Positions 40,471 to 58,209 are shown, counted from the first letter of the stretch. The stretch is DNA of 64,000 nt from the human T2T-CHM13v2.0 reference genome, Homo sapiens (GCF_009914755.1 NC_060925.1); one strand, 5' to 3'. The notes: generated by a model not told the origin, from the letters alone. Numbers and translations are program-made.

Positions 40471-40880
40471 ACCAAAAAGGTAAGCTTTTATGGCAGAGAA
40501 CTCTCTGGATCTTAGTGAAGGTTCCTAGAATAGTGGAGCTGACTATCATAATCTTGACAACCCCAAATAAATCAGTTTTTTAAAAAATCTCTTTTATCCA
40601 TGTGGCTTACCATAACCTCCCTGCATGAATTTTTCTGATGAATCTCCCCAATTTGTTAGACAGAACAGAAGATCTTGCCCTGCTCTCTCTAAAGCAGAAA
40701 GGTTCATTCTGAACCTTTCATACTCTCTCACATGTGCCAAGGAGGACCCCAATGTCACTTTTGTTTTTTGCTTCTGAAATACAGAGGGTGCACTGCCACT
40801 TACAAGTCACTACAAAGCATACAGGCTTGCATCCTCAACAGGGATATAGGTCTAATGAAGCCTTGGCCTTTGCCCCTCAG

Positions 40881-41120
40881 GTGAACCTGGATTCTTGCAC
40901 CAGGGAAGAGACAAGCCGGAACATGCTAGAGCCTACAATAACCTGCTTTGATGAGGCCCAGAAGAAGATTTTCAACCTGATGGAGAAGGATTCCTACCGC
41001 CGCTTCCTCAAGTCTCGATTCTATCTTGATTTGGTCAACCCGTCCAGCTGTGGGGCAGAAAAGCAGAAAGGAGCCAAGAGTTCAGCAGACTGTGCTTCCC
41101 TGGTCCCTCAGTGTGCCTAA
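40881..41120 (+). CDS. RGS4: RGS4 coding exon 5 (to TAA)
   Basis: CAG acceptor; [16 protein letters not shown]...[15 protein letters not shown]...VPQCA*; spliced CDS is 618 nt, 205 aa. Confidence 0.98.
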   Translation: MNLDSCTREETSRNMLEPTITCFDEAQKKIFNLMEKDSYRRFLKSRFYLDLVNPSSCGAEKQKGAKSSADCASLVPQCA

Positions 41121-43360
41121 TTCTCACCTGAAGGCAGAGGGATGAAATGCCAAGACTCTATGCTCTGGAAAACCTGAGGCCAAATATTGATCTGTATTAA
41201 GCTCCAGTGCTTTATCCACATTGTAGCCTAATATTCATGCTGCCTGCCATGTGTGAGTCACTTCTACGCATAAACTAGATATAGCTTTTGGTGTTTGAGT
41301 GTTCATCAGGGTGGGACCCCATTCCAGTCCAATTTTCCTAAGTTTCTTTGAGGGTTCCATGGGAGCAAATATCTAAATAATGGCCTGGTAGGTCTGGATT
41401 TTCAAAGATTGTTGGCAGTTTCCTCCTCCCAACAGTTTTACCTCGGGATGGTTGGTTAGTGCATGTCACATGACATCCACATGCACATGTATTCTGTTGG
41501 CCAGCACGTTCTCCAGACTCTAGATGTTTAGATGAGGTTGAGCTATGATATGTGCTTGTGTGTATGTCTATGTGTATATATTATATATACATTAGACACA
41601 CATATACATTATTTCTGTATATAGATGTCTGTGTATACATATGTATGTGTGAGTGTATGTATACACACACACACACACACACACACTTTTGCAAGAGTGA
41701 TGGGAAAGACCCTAGGTGCTCATAACTAGAGTATGTGTATGTACTTACATGGGTGTTTTGATCTCTGTTCTTTCATACTACATTTGAACAGGGCAAAATG
41801 AACTAACTGCCATGTAGGCTAAGAAAGAAATGCTAACCTGTGGAAAGTTGGTTTTGTAAAATTCCATGGATCTTGCTGGAGAAGCATCCAAGGAACTTCA
41901 TGCTTGATTTGACCACTGACAGCCTCCACCTTGAGCACTATTCTAAGGAGCAAATACCTTAGCTCCCTTGAGCTGGTTTTCTCTGATGGCACTTTTGAGC
42001 TCCTAAGCTGCCAGCCTTCCCTTCTTTTCCTGGGTGCTCAGGGCATGCTTATTAGCAGCTGGGTTGGTATGGAGTTGGCAGACAGGATGTTCAACTTAAT
42101 GAAGAAATACAGCTAAGGCCTTGCCAGCAACACCTGCCGTAAGTTACTGGCTGAGTGAGGGCATAGAAGTTAAAGGTTACTGTTTTTATCCTCTATCCTT
42201 TTTTCCTTTCCTGATCAAGGTGCTCTTCTCATTTTTTCCTGAGAACCTTAGCCATCAGATGAGGCTCCTTAGTTTATTGTGGTTGGTTGTTTTTTCTTTA
42301 TAATGGCTCTGGGCTATATGCCCATATTTATAAACCAGCAGCAGGGGAAAGATTATATTTTATAAGAGGGAACAAATTTTCACAATTTGAAAAGCCCACA
42401 TAAGTTTTCTCTTTTAAGGTAGAATCTTGTTAATTTCATTCCAAACATCGGGGCTAACAGAGACTGGAGGCATTTCTTTTTAGGCTCTGAGACTAAATGA
42501 GAGGAAAAGAAAAGAAAAAAAAATGATTGTCTAACCAATTGTGAGAATTACTGTTTGAAACTTTTCAAGGCACATTGAAATACTTGAAAACTTCTCATTT
42601 ATGTTATTTATGATGTTATTTTGTACGTGTTATTATTATTATATTGTTTTATAAATGGAGGTACAGGATATCACCTGAATTATTAATGAATGCCCAGGAA
42701 GTAATTTTCTTCTCATTCTTCTAAAACTACTGCCTTTCAAAGTGCACACACACGCGTCCACATACACTGCATTCGTTGCTCCAGTATAAATTACATGCAT
42801 GAGCACCTTTCTGGCTTTTAAGCCAATATAATGGGCTGCAAAATGAAGACACCAGAGTGTATGCATACAAATCTCACTGTATTAAAGATGCAGGTTTTCT
42901 AATTGTACCCTTCTTGTCTCTCTGGCAATCTTGCCCTTAATATCCCTGGAGTTCCTCATCAGTGTCATTTTCTGTTATACACAGTTCCACAATTTTGTCT
43001 CTAGTTGACTTCAAATGTGTAACTTTATTGGTCTTGCCCTATTATAATTGTCATGACTTTCAGATTGTATCTGAACTCACAGACTGCTGTCTTACTAATA
43101 GGTCTGGAAGGTCACGCTGAATGAGAAGTAAATTATTTTATGTAATACATTTTTGAGTGTGTTTTTCAGTTGTATTTCCCTGTTATTTCATCACTATTTC
43201 CAATGGTGAGCTTGCCTGCTCATGCTCCCTGGACAGAATACTCCTTCCTTTTGCATGCCTGTTTCTATCATGTGCTTGATAGGCCTCAAAGCTAATGCTT
43301 CCAGTGAAACACACGCATCTTAATAATAAGGGTAAATAAACGCTCCATATGAAACTATTT
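41121..43360 (+). other. RGS4: RGS4 3'UTR (~2.2 kb; end approximate)
   Basis: Stretch with no recognisable transposon from the stop to AATAAA; (CA)n at ~41662-41686; AU-rich block ~42597-42650. Confidence 0.8.
43335..43340 (+). terminator. RGS4: Polyadenylation signal AATAAA
   Basis: First canonical AATAAA I found downstream of the stop codon. Confidence 0.8.
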
Positions 43361-44263
43361 GCTTGGAAACACATTAATGATCCAGAGACATGCTATGAGA
43401 AACATCAGGGTGTAGGGTGACTTTAGAAAAATACTCATACTGAGTCTTTAATCCCTCCTGTGCCAGTGAACTCTGGGAAAGAAAGTACAAACTGAATATT
43501 GTTTATTCTTTAGTTCATGCCACTGCTCTGCTTGGCTCTACTCATAGAACCAAGGCAATCTTAGCTTCAGAGACTGCAAAACAGATTAAGTGATTTGCTT
43601 GCAGATTCTCAATCAATTTTCAAGGGATAGAGTTCACCTTCCAGAGCCATTCTTTTATTTCCAGTTACCCGCCTGTTTGAGAGATGATAGAGCAGTGGGA
43701 AATTGAGAGAGTTGAAAGGAGCTATAGATTCTTACCCAAACTTCAAAAATCCTTCCCTCCCTTTTGTTAATTCTCTTTCCTGGAAAAGAGGTCATAAAAT
43801 GTTCACATCCTCAGTAATAGGCCCTGTGCTGTGTCTATTATGTCATGAGACTCCCATTTCCTGACCCTTCTTTCCCATTGTAAGAGTAGTAGTTACAAGG
43901 TGTTAAGGATAGATGATCTTCAACACTTTTGAGAAATAGATCCATTTACGGATCTGGTAAAAACTATGGACCGAACCATCTTTTAAGAAAAAAATTCAGA
44001 GAGGAATCTAAATTTTGTGTGCTTTGAGGGGAAACTCTCAGAATCTCCCCTCAAAACTATCATTCTTCTCTTATACTATAGATGTGTCAGACTCTCACTG
44101 GGACTGTATAGTTGCTGCTCCCTGTATTTGATAATATCTATCAAGAACTGCAGGGTAATTCAAAGTCACGCTATTAGCAGCAAGTGTGAGCAGTGTTGGT
44201 TTCCCCAGTCTCTACATCCCTCATCCTTTCTTTCTTCTTTATGGTTGTCTATTAAAGAAATAA

Positions 44264-47557
<3,294 letters not shown>

Positions 47558-48204
47558 GAAAAACACTCGTTATTGCTTGTTCTTAACAACATACTTAATT
47601 CTCACAACAACCTTAAGATATAGATGCCAACCATGAGCATTTCCCCTGAAAATTTTTATAGATGGGGAAACTGAGGCACAGAGAAATAACTTGCCAAGGT
47701 GCCTCGTGCTGTGTTCTGGCACTCCATGTTAATAATGCTTAGATTTTTAAAGTTGGAAATGTGACTGTAGAAGGATGAAAGAGGAAAGGGGAAGGAAAAG
47801 AAATAAAAAAAAAGTACCTTGATGGTAAAATCAACTACTTATCAGCCCATGCCAAACATGTGGACAAAAAGAAAAGCATCAGAGCAAAGCCAGTCAGACA
47901 AAGTGGCTCATGTAATGAGCCAGACTCAAAAACACATCATAAAAACTAAACTGTGCCATTTATTTAATTCAGAGGCTGAGTTCAAAACATGAATCTGCTT
48001 AGGCCATTAAACCACAAGATGACCTATTAAATTATCTGATGTTTTAATATGCATTGCTTTGCTTACCTAGATGTTACATGGAAATATGACACAAGGAAGG
48101 AAAATACTGGATTTTCTTCTGTTTGTGATATGAATTGACAAAAAAATTGGTGAGATGACTTAGAATCCATTCAGAATTACAATATAGCTTTTTAAAATTT
48201 TGCT

Positions 48205-48242
48205 GCCCAGCTAGCTCAGTCGGTAGAGCATGAGACTCTTAA
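48205..48242 (+). pseudogene. 5' half of tRNA-Lys(CTT), tailless retropseudogene
   Basis: GCCCAGCTAGCTCAGTCGGTAGAGCATGAGACTCTTAA = tRNA positions 1-38, anticodon CTT at 48238-48240; flanking repeat TTAAAATTTTGC. Confidence 0.92.
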
Positions 48243-48375
48243 AATTTTGCATGCAAAGCAATTATTGGGAGATTTGAGATCAGGAATTATTCCATTTCTA
48301 AGGCACCCAAATGGAGGCAAATAATGCCTAGAGAGAGAACTAGGTTTCCAAAGGAGACTTAAAATTGAACAGTAG

Positions 48376-48806
<431 letters not shown>

Positions 48807-49034
48807 TTATGTCCTGCCTATGCTGAGTGCATTACAGCTTTACATTATCTTATTAAATCCTTATAACAAAATTCTAAAGCATATGGTATTAATATAATTT
48901 CATTGTAGATGGGTAAACTTTGATATAGGAGAATTTAAAAATTTACCCAAGATCATATACAAAAGAAGTGGTAGAGCCTAGGTCAAACCCAGAAGTTCAC
49001 CTCCAGAGCTCACACATTTTAGTACCTTAGTCAA

Positions 49035-49250
49035 AGATGGCAGAAAAAGGGGACAAATAGAAAGAAGGAACAAAAGCAAGCAAGGGAAGAATAACAGGAA
49101 GAAATGGAAATGGAGAGAAGAGGTAAACAGATGAAAAGACTGGAGAAAAGAAGCGAAGGAAAGAAGGAAAAGACAGGAAAGAAAATGGGGAAGAAAGGGA
49201 CATGAAAGAGAAGAAGAAAAGAAAATGAAGATACATGTGATAGGGAAGGA
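49035..49250. repeat. GA-rich low-complexity tract
   Basis: Strong purine bias on the + strand. Confidence 0.8.
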
Positions 49251-49284
49251 CAAATGCCAAATATGCCCAGGTCTTCATATCATA

Positions 49285-49390
49285 AGTCAGTTATGCCTCT
49301 CCTAGAGCACCATGCTACTACTGGCTGATCTGCATGTAGTCAGCTGTACCTATCCTAGAGCACCATGCTACTCCTGGCTGGTCTCCATGT
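49285..49390. repeat. 2 x 53-bp tandem duplication
   Basis: TCCTAGAGCACCATGCTACT at 49300 and 49353. Confidence 0.9.
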
Positions 49391-49819
49391 CCCATCTGAG
49401 ATGGGGCAGGTAAGAAGTTTCCCAAGGACTAGTAAAAAGTAAGTTTTGGAGGCAAGAAATAGATACCAAGGCCAGATTCCTCTCTAAGAATCACTTTTCT
49501 GTATCCTTTTCTTTCTCTAAGTTTGCTAGATATTGAACCATCCACAGAGTGACTCTTTGGTTATTGCTGTTGTTTAACACCTGAAGCAAAAAAGAAAAAA
49601 GATAAAGGAATACCCCAACTGTCTTGATTTTATTTTACCACTGTTTGGGGAGGCATTTTACAGGGAATCTGAGTTAGCCACTCCAGGAATCACACTCGGA
49701 CAGCATGCCGGCAGGAAATAGGCACTTGGCACACTGTCCTGGTCACGTTGTTCCTGTTCCCCTTCTTGGAGGAGAGCCAGTGGTGACCAGAAGGTTTGGG
49801 TCAAAGGGAATTGCCTCCA

Positions 49820-49822
49820 AAC

Positions 49823-49857
<35 letters not shown>
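49820..49857. repeat. (CA)n microsatellite
   Basis: Read directly. Confidence 0.95.
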
Positions 49858-49858
<1 letters not shown>

Positions 49859-52800
49859 GTCCAGTAAAGGTAGCATGCGCAAATCAGTGGTAAGTTAGAC
49901 CGTGAGAATTAGTGAGTAGTGACTTCTTGAGAGTGACTTTGCAGGGTTAACTTTGAAGCCGTTGCTTCTGAAAAAAGTAAAATTTTTGTTGATTTTTTTC
50001 AAGTATTATTTGTAAAATTCCTAGATTATTCCACGAATCTATTTGGTCTTTGTGTAGCTATCTTCTTCCAGGACAGTGTATCCCTGAGACATCTCCTCAA
50101 TAAAAACAAATTATGGGAAACACATTCTAGTGAAGTCACATTCAAGACAAGATTTGCTTATCTTTTTCTCTCTCCACCATACCTTTGAGATCTGCCTGCC
50201 TTCTCTTCTTCTTGTTTCTCCTCTGTCAGGCCATGGTATTTTTACTACCCATTGCCTTCTAGGAAAGGGTATAACAAATAGGAAATATTAATATTTTTAA
50301 TGCCTTTGAGGGTGTTAAAAAGCACAACTCTAAGGACTGTTTGTAAATTCCAGGTCAAATGTTGTTTCTCCTTCTCTATTTCCTACCTTGGTGATGGCCT
50401 GATCTTATATGGAGTCACTCCAACTAGAAACCACAGAATCATCCCTAGTTCCTACTTCTGACTCACTCCATACACTCAAAAGTCACCTGACTCTGCAGAA
50501 TTTCTCTAGAAAAACTCTATGAAAACCTATTCCTGCCTCTCCACCTGCATAGATGTAGCTTCATCCAGGCTCTTATGGTGCATGGCCTCGGTTACTGCCT
50601 TATCCTTTCTACTGGCCTCTCAATCTCCCATCTGATACCCATTAATGTACTCCAAATAACTACTAGTCTGCTCTGAGATGCACATTTGGTCTATTACCTG
50701 CTTAAAATTTGCAAAACTCTCAACTTTAGCCTAATATTCAATGCTCTTTATGATTTTGAATCTCCCTTTTTGGCCTCATCTTCTACAACTCCTCCTTTGA
50801 TTTAGCCATAAAGATTTGCTGCTCCTGAAATAGCACATTCTTAATTGCCACTGTCATTGTCCAACTTGGTCTTCTGATCTTTTCCTTTATCTAGCTAACC
50901 CCTACTCTTTATTTTAAACTCAGCTCAAGACTACTCACATTGAGAAGCCTTCCCCCACTTTCTGGCATGATTTAAATGTTCCTTTGTGGGATTCCCTTAA
51001 TACTCTGGCATGCTTTTATTATTACTAGCACATTGTTCTGTGACCATTAATTTATAATTGTATCTCAAGTGACACTGCCAGTTCCTCAAGGTTATGAAAC
51101 ATGTCTCATTTGATTTGCATCAAGACATGAGCCTAGCACATAGAAAATGACCATTTGTTGACAGAGTGACTGACATCAGTTTACGTACTCCTAGATGCAA
51201 ACAGGAAGTTTGCATACTCCCACTCCCTGAGTACTTACTGTGTACTGAAGTTTATGTGACATAATCCTGTTAGAGTCTACTATATTCCTGCCATTTCCCT
51301 CTTGAAGAATAATACAAGGGTGTTTTTCCTAGCCTTGTGCTGGGGGCTGGGGTAAAATAATCAGAATAAGGAAGATCTGGTTGAAGCCACTTTACAGAGA
51401 AAAGATTTTAAAGACATTACCGGAGTACAAAGTGTCTTCATATAGCTATTTTATACGTATTACAAAAGTTTACATATATTTTATATAATTATATGTAATT
51501 CAAAATAGTATGATCCTTTATATGTACAACCTTCTCATTTATACCCACAGCATAAAATCACTACAATTTATTATTTAGTCTCTACTAATACCACTTGATT
51601 TATTTTAACTGATTTAATACATGGAACAACTCTTTGATGACAAGACACAAAAATTTATTATCTTCTTTTTACAAATGAGAAACTGAGGCACAGAGGGACA
51701 AGTTTACTCCAAGACCTCATGGCTCATAAGCAAAAGAGCCAGGACTTTGCCCCAAGGCCATGTGGCCCCAGAACTCATACTCCTTGCTAGACTGCATCTC
51801 ACACAAGCCTGGAATTTTGTCCACATGGTGATTACTCAAAGAGTGTGGATTAATTGACCACTCTTTCCTAAAAAAACATTTCTCTGAAAGTTTCTTCTGT
51901 TAATCTTGTACCACACTCATTTCTGGGTATACTCCTATTTCTGTTTTTATTCTCTATTTCTTGTAAATTTTTAAATAGCTTGCTTAAGATTATCATCAAA
52001 TACTCCACTCCATGCTGCCTTCAAACCCTCCTCTTGTGACCTACACAGTATATTCTTACCATTGGAGTGATAGTTAGGACTTCTAAAACCAAACTGAATC
52101 TAGAGCGGTGATATACTGGCATCCCCATGACAGCCGGCTCACTAAGCTGTCTCCTTAATTTCTACATCCCATTGACATCTGGATTCGGCCCATGGAATAA
52201 TTATAGATGTCAGGTGGGGCAGGCTCCACACCGGCCTCCAATTCTGTTCACTGATTTATGACTCTTTAGCACATGGATAATTGAGAAAATAAGTTGGGTA
52301 TTCTGTGACCTCAGCACTAAAAATGAGTGCTGAAAATAGGCTCCTGGCACTGTTTACTTTTCAGGATGAAATATTTTGGGAAGTTTGAGTCAGATGAATA
52401 ACAATGTATAAATAGAAAGCTCCATGCAAAGCAAAAGGAAATGAGGGAATAATTAAAGGTAAATGTTTAAGTCTATATTTTAAGGTAATAATCGTAGTTT
52501 TTGTTTATTGGGGGCTGCCATTAAGTTTATCTCTGGAATTGTGCTTTACATATGTTATTCCACTCAATTCCTCCAATATTTTTACTTTGCATATTAATAA
52601 AGCTATTCAGAGTTGAGTGAGGTTGAGTCATTACCTCAAGATCTCACAATCAATGAGCAACAGATTCCAGATTAAAGGTCATTTCGAATCCAGAGCTTGT
52701 TGGATAAATTATACTTCTTTCAATAATCAACACCAAATGGCTCTCTCAAATAAGAGTTACCAGCATTTGAGGTTAACTCATCTAGTTACCCATCTAGTTC

Positions 52801-55511
52801 TAGAAAACTAATCTGGGGCCAGAAAAAGTGTTTGTCTGAAGTAGAAACTGGGGAAGCTTTATATAAATGATAGATTCCCAGGCCCCAACTCCAGAGATTT
52901 GGAATTTTAGGGACAGGTACCTAAAACAAAACAAAACAATGTAACAATATCTCTGTTGAGTTTGGAAACCATTGATCTAGAGGACAAAGCCAAGAACCAG
53001 GAGACAGAGGTTCTATTTTCATTCATATTAGGTAAGTTTCTACCACTCTTTGTATGTTAGTTTCCCCACTGGCAAAATAAACTTAAAAATTTCCCACCAC
53101 ATGACCTACAGGAGCTCTGCAGAGGAGAACAGTTTGCATGAAGCACTTGAGGGATCATGGTAAAGGGCATCTGTCCAGTAATTTACATTCATAATTACTC
53201 TCAAGCATAACATATTAGAATTCACAAAGCACATTGGCTCATTCAACATTCACAACAACCTCTGTAGTAAATATTATTTTATGATGTCCATTTTTCAGAC
53301 GAAAAACAAATTTACTTAGCTAATAAGTGGTAAAGTCTTCAGTCACCTAATTGTGTGTTCTTCCTATGACACCACACTGCTTTCTAAATTATAATTGTTG
53401 TTTCCTGGGTAAAGTAATAATAATGATAATAACATAAAGGAAAACTTGACAGGGCAAATATGTGACAGTAAATTGAGATGATAAGGTTGTTGAAGAACTT
53501 CAAAAGTCATTAATCTTTAGGAGTAAACAAATCCAAAAATTGCTGGCTTATATCATGTACCTTCAAGAGACAAGTTTTGAAAATCAAGGATGTAATGTGG
53601 ACAAGATACTCAGAATGCCTATTCCTTCCAATAAGGTCACTCTAGAACCATTAATGAATAATAATAAAGTCTCTTACTGAATGTTGAACCAAAGTGAAAG
53701 GAAGTTAGTTGAAGACAGTATTTCCCTGAGTTGGCTAACCATTCTCATAGAAATATATCTGCCTGGAGGTCATTACGAGACTTTAGGATAACACCTGTTA
53801 CATATAATAATTGTTTAATAAATGTTGTCTATTATTATTATTATTATTATTTTACCTGGAGACCACTTCCTTTGTGAAGTGTAAACTTTATAGAGCAAAC
53901 GACAAATTATTACCCTTCAGTTCTTTTTGCTATTCCATAATGGCCATTCTTTATGTCTCCTAATTAATGCATTTTCTCTCACCTATTTCCACAGCATAAT
54001 CCACCCTGTCATTAAAGCTGCTTTCGTGTGTGTTTTCCAAAATTTGGAATAAAAATTATTAGTGATGACAATGTGTGGCCAGGATCCACCTGTTCTATAG
54101 AAGTGCTAGAAAAATGGCCCAGAGGATGGCAACAAGCAAATCCATGTTCTAAGAGGCTGGAGTTTGTCTCTGAGTTGTATTCCCAACAGCAGTGTGCAAG
54201 AGTCTCCTTTGATTCACATTTTTGCCATCATTTAATATGATTAGACATTTCAATGTTTGCCAGTCTGCAAAATAGAGATTGATGGCTCATGATTTTAAGT
54301 TGCACCTCCCTGATAACAAACGTTGCACATCTTTTTGTTTCCTTGCTTTGTGATTTTTCTTCTGCAAAGTAGCTGTTTCAGTTTTTGTCCATTTTTTTCT
54401 ATTTGGTTTTATTAAATAATGATTTTTAAAAATTTCTATATATCGTAGATGCTAATTCATTGTCAGTTGTACATATTACACACATTTTCTTCCAGTTTTT
54501 GTTTCTTGTTTTTTCCAAATATTTATGATATCTTTTAATGAACAGAAATTTTCATTTTAAGGTAGCCGAATACATCAGTTTTCCCTTTATGGTTTATCTA
54601 TAATGCTAAGATCATATATATTTTTTCCTATATGTTTTCAAAATTATATACCTATGCCTTTCATATATAATAACACCTTTAATCCACAGGAAATTGATTT
54701 TTTTTCATGAAGTAGTTGATTAAGATTTTCTTTTGCATGTATCCAGGTAACATTTACTGAAAAATCCATTCACTCGACACTAGGTGTGAGTGCTAGGTGT
54801 GTCATAAATTAAATTGCCATAAGAATAAGGATTTATATCTGGAATATTCTATTCCATTGGATTGTTTATTTATCCACCTTTCCTAACCTCATTCCCTCAA
54901 GCTTTTTTTTTTTTGTTTTAAGGAGTGTCTTGGTTATTTTTGAGTCCTTATTCTTCCATCACCCCTGGAATTAGCTTGGCAGATTCTCCAAGAAATTTTG
55001 ATGAACAATTCTTAATACCTTGGCTAAAATTTTAACTGGAATTGAATTATACTTACGAATTCATTTGAAGCTAATTGACATATTTAATATCAATATTCCT
55101 GTTTATGAACATCGTATTCCTTCTCTTTGCATCTTCTTAAAATCTTTCTAAAGGTTTACAACTTGTCTGTAAAACAAATCCATACTTTCTAAAGATGTAT
55201 TTCTTGATGTTTTATATCTTTACTGCTAGTTTGAAGGCACTTTTAAATTACAGTTTGTTTGTTGTCGATGAGAAGTGTATTTGAATTATAAATATTAATT
55301 TTATATTCAGTGTTCTTTCTAAATTGCCTTATTAATTCTAATAATTTATTTGGAAATTAATTTGGATTTTCTCCAAATATAATCACATAATTTGCAAATA
55401 CTTGCAATTAAATGTTGTCTTTAACCATTTTGATGTACTGTATTTTTCTCATTTTACTCCAGGTTGAATGAAAGTAGTAATAGTGGTCATCCTCACCATG
55501 TTCCTAATCTT

Positions 55512-56348
<837 letters not shown>

Positions 56349-56960
56349 TGAATTTCAGTGGATAATTTTCTGAATTTATTGAGATGATTTAGTTCCACCT
56401 ATTTTTGCTTTATATACTTGAGCCTATATTATTTGGTACTAACAACTTTAGAATAATTTATATCTTCTTGAGATCTAAATATGTTATCTATTAATAACTC
56501 TTGGATATTTGTTTTTTTCCTGTAAAGCCTATTTATCTGATATTAATATCGTTACATGAGCTCTGTATTGGTTATTACTTGCCTAGTCTATATATACATA
56601 TATATATATAAAATTTTAATTTTATCTATTTTATATCCATATATTGCCAATGTGCTTTTAAATATAATGTAAATAGGGTATTACGTCTAGTTTGATAATA
56701 TTTTCTCCTTTCAAGTATTTTAGTAGAATATACATTAACTCTTATTGCTGATATATTTCGATTCATTTTTACCACTTTTTTGGGGGTGGGGTGGGGTCTG
56801 TTTTTCCCTTGCTTGTTGTTTCTCATTTTAATTGTTTCCCTCATTATTATTTTGCAACTTAAAATTTCTATTCCAATTATTTTCAAATTTACTCTGTATA
56901 CTTTAACACATACATTTAACCAAGCAATGTATTAACTAGTATTTACCCTTTAACTGGATA

Positions 56961-58209
56961 CAGTCATGTATCATTTAACAGGGATACATTCTGAAAAATG
57001 CATCGTTAGGTGATTTCATTGTTGTGTGAACACCGGAGTGTATTTACACAAACCTAGATAGTATAAGCCTGCAATACACCTAGGCTGTACTCTATAGCCT
57101 GTTGTGGCTAGGCTACAAACCTGTGCAGTATGTTACTGTACCACACTGTAGGCTGTTGTAACATAATGGAAATCATTTGTGTATCTAAACATAGAAAAGG
57201 TACAGTAAAAATGCAGTATAAAACATAAAACATAGTACAGCTTTATAGGGCACTTACTGTGAATGGAGCTTGGAGGACTGGAAGTTGCTCTGGATGAGTC
57301 AGTCAGTGAGTAGTGAGTGAATGTGAAAGCCTAGGACATTACCGTACACTACTCTAGAGTTTGGAAACACTGTACACTTAAGTTACACTACATTTATGAA
57401 GAAAACATTTTTGTTTGATTATAAATTAACTACAGCTTAATAACATTTTTATTTTATATGCTTTTTAATTTTTTTAACTCTTTGACTTGTTATAACACTC
57501 AGCTTAAAACAAACACATTGTACAGCTGTACAAAAATATTTTCTTTTATATCCTTATTCTATAAGCTTTTTTCTATTTTTAATTTTTTATTTTACTTTTC
57601 AACCTTTTTTTTTGTTAAAAAACTAAGACACAAACACACACGTTAGCCTAGGCCTCTACAGGATCAGAATCATCAACATCACTGTCTTCTACCTCCACAT
57701 CTTGTCCCATTGGATGGTCCTCAGTGGCAATAACATGCATGAAGCTGTCATCCCCTGTGATAAAAATGCCTTCCTCTGAAATACCTTCTGAAGAACCTGC
57801 CTGAGGCTTCTTTACGTTTGCCTTTTTTTTCCCTCTAGATCACAGTTTCACAGTAGTGCTGAGGGGGCTACATTTTTCATATATGTAAGTAGACGGAGTA
57901 CACTCTAAAATAAAGATGAAAAGTATAATATAGTAGATACATAAGCCAGCAACACAGTTTATTATCCTTATCAAGTATTATGTACTGCACATAATTGCTT
58001 GTGATATACTTTTATATGATTAGCAGCACTGTAGGTTTGTTTATACCAGTATCACCACAAACACATGAATAATGGTGTTGCACTGTGACATTATGACAGC
58101 TACAATGTCACTAAGCAACAGGAATGTTTCAGCTCCATTATAATATTATGGAGCCACTATCATATATGTAGTCTTGTTGACCAAAATGTTGTTATGCAGC
58201 AAATAACTG
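56961..58209 (-). mobile_element. Tigger3b-like DNA transposon, ~1.25 kb
   Basis: TA-flanked inverted termini (CAGTCATG...ATAACTG); ends match the 28657 element in reverse. Confidence 0.82.

Noticed and set aside
40734-40880. N-terminal extension of the exon-5 ORF
   Set aside because: Intronic sequence upstream of the CAG acceptor at 40880.
48205-48280. Functional tRNA-Lys gene
   Set aside because: No T arm, B box or 3' acceptor strand.
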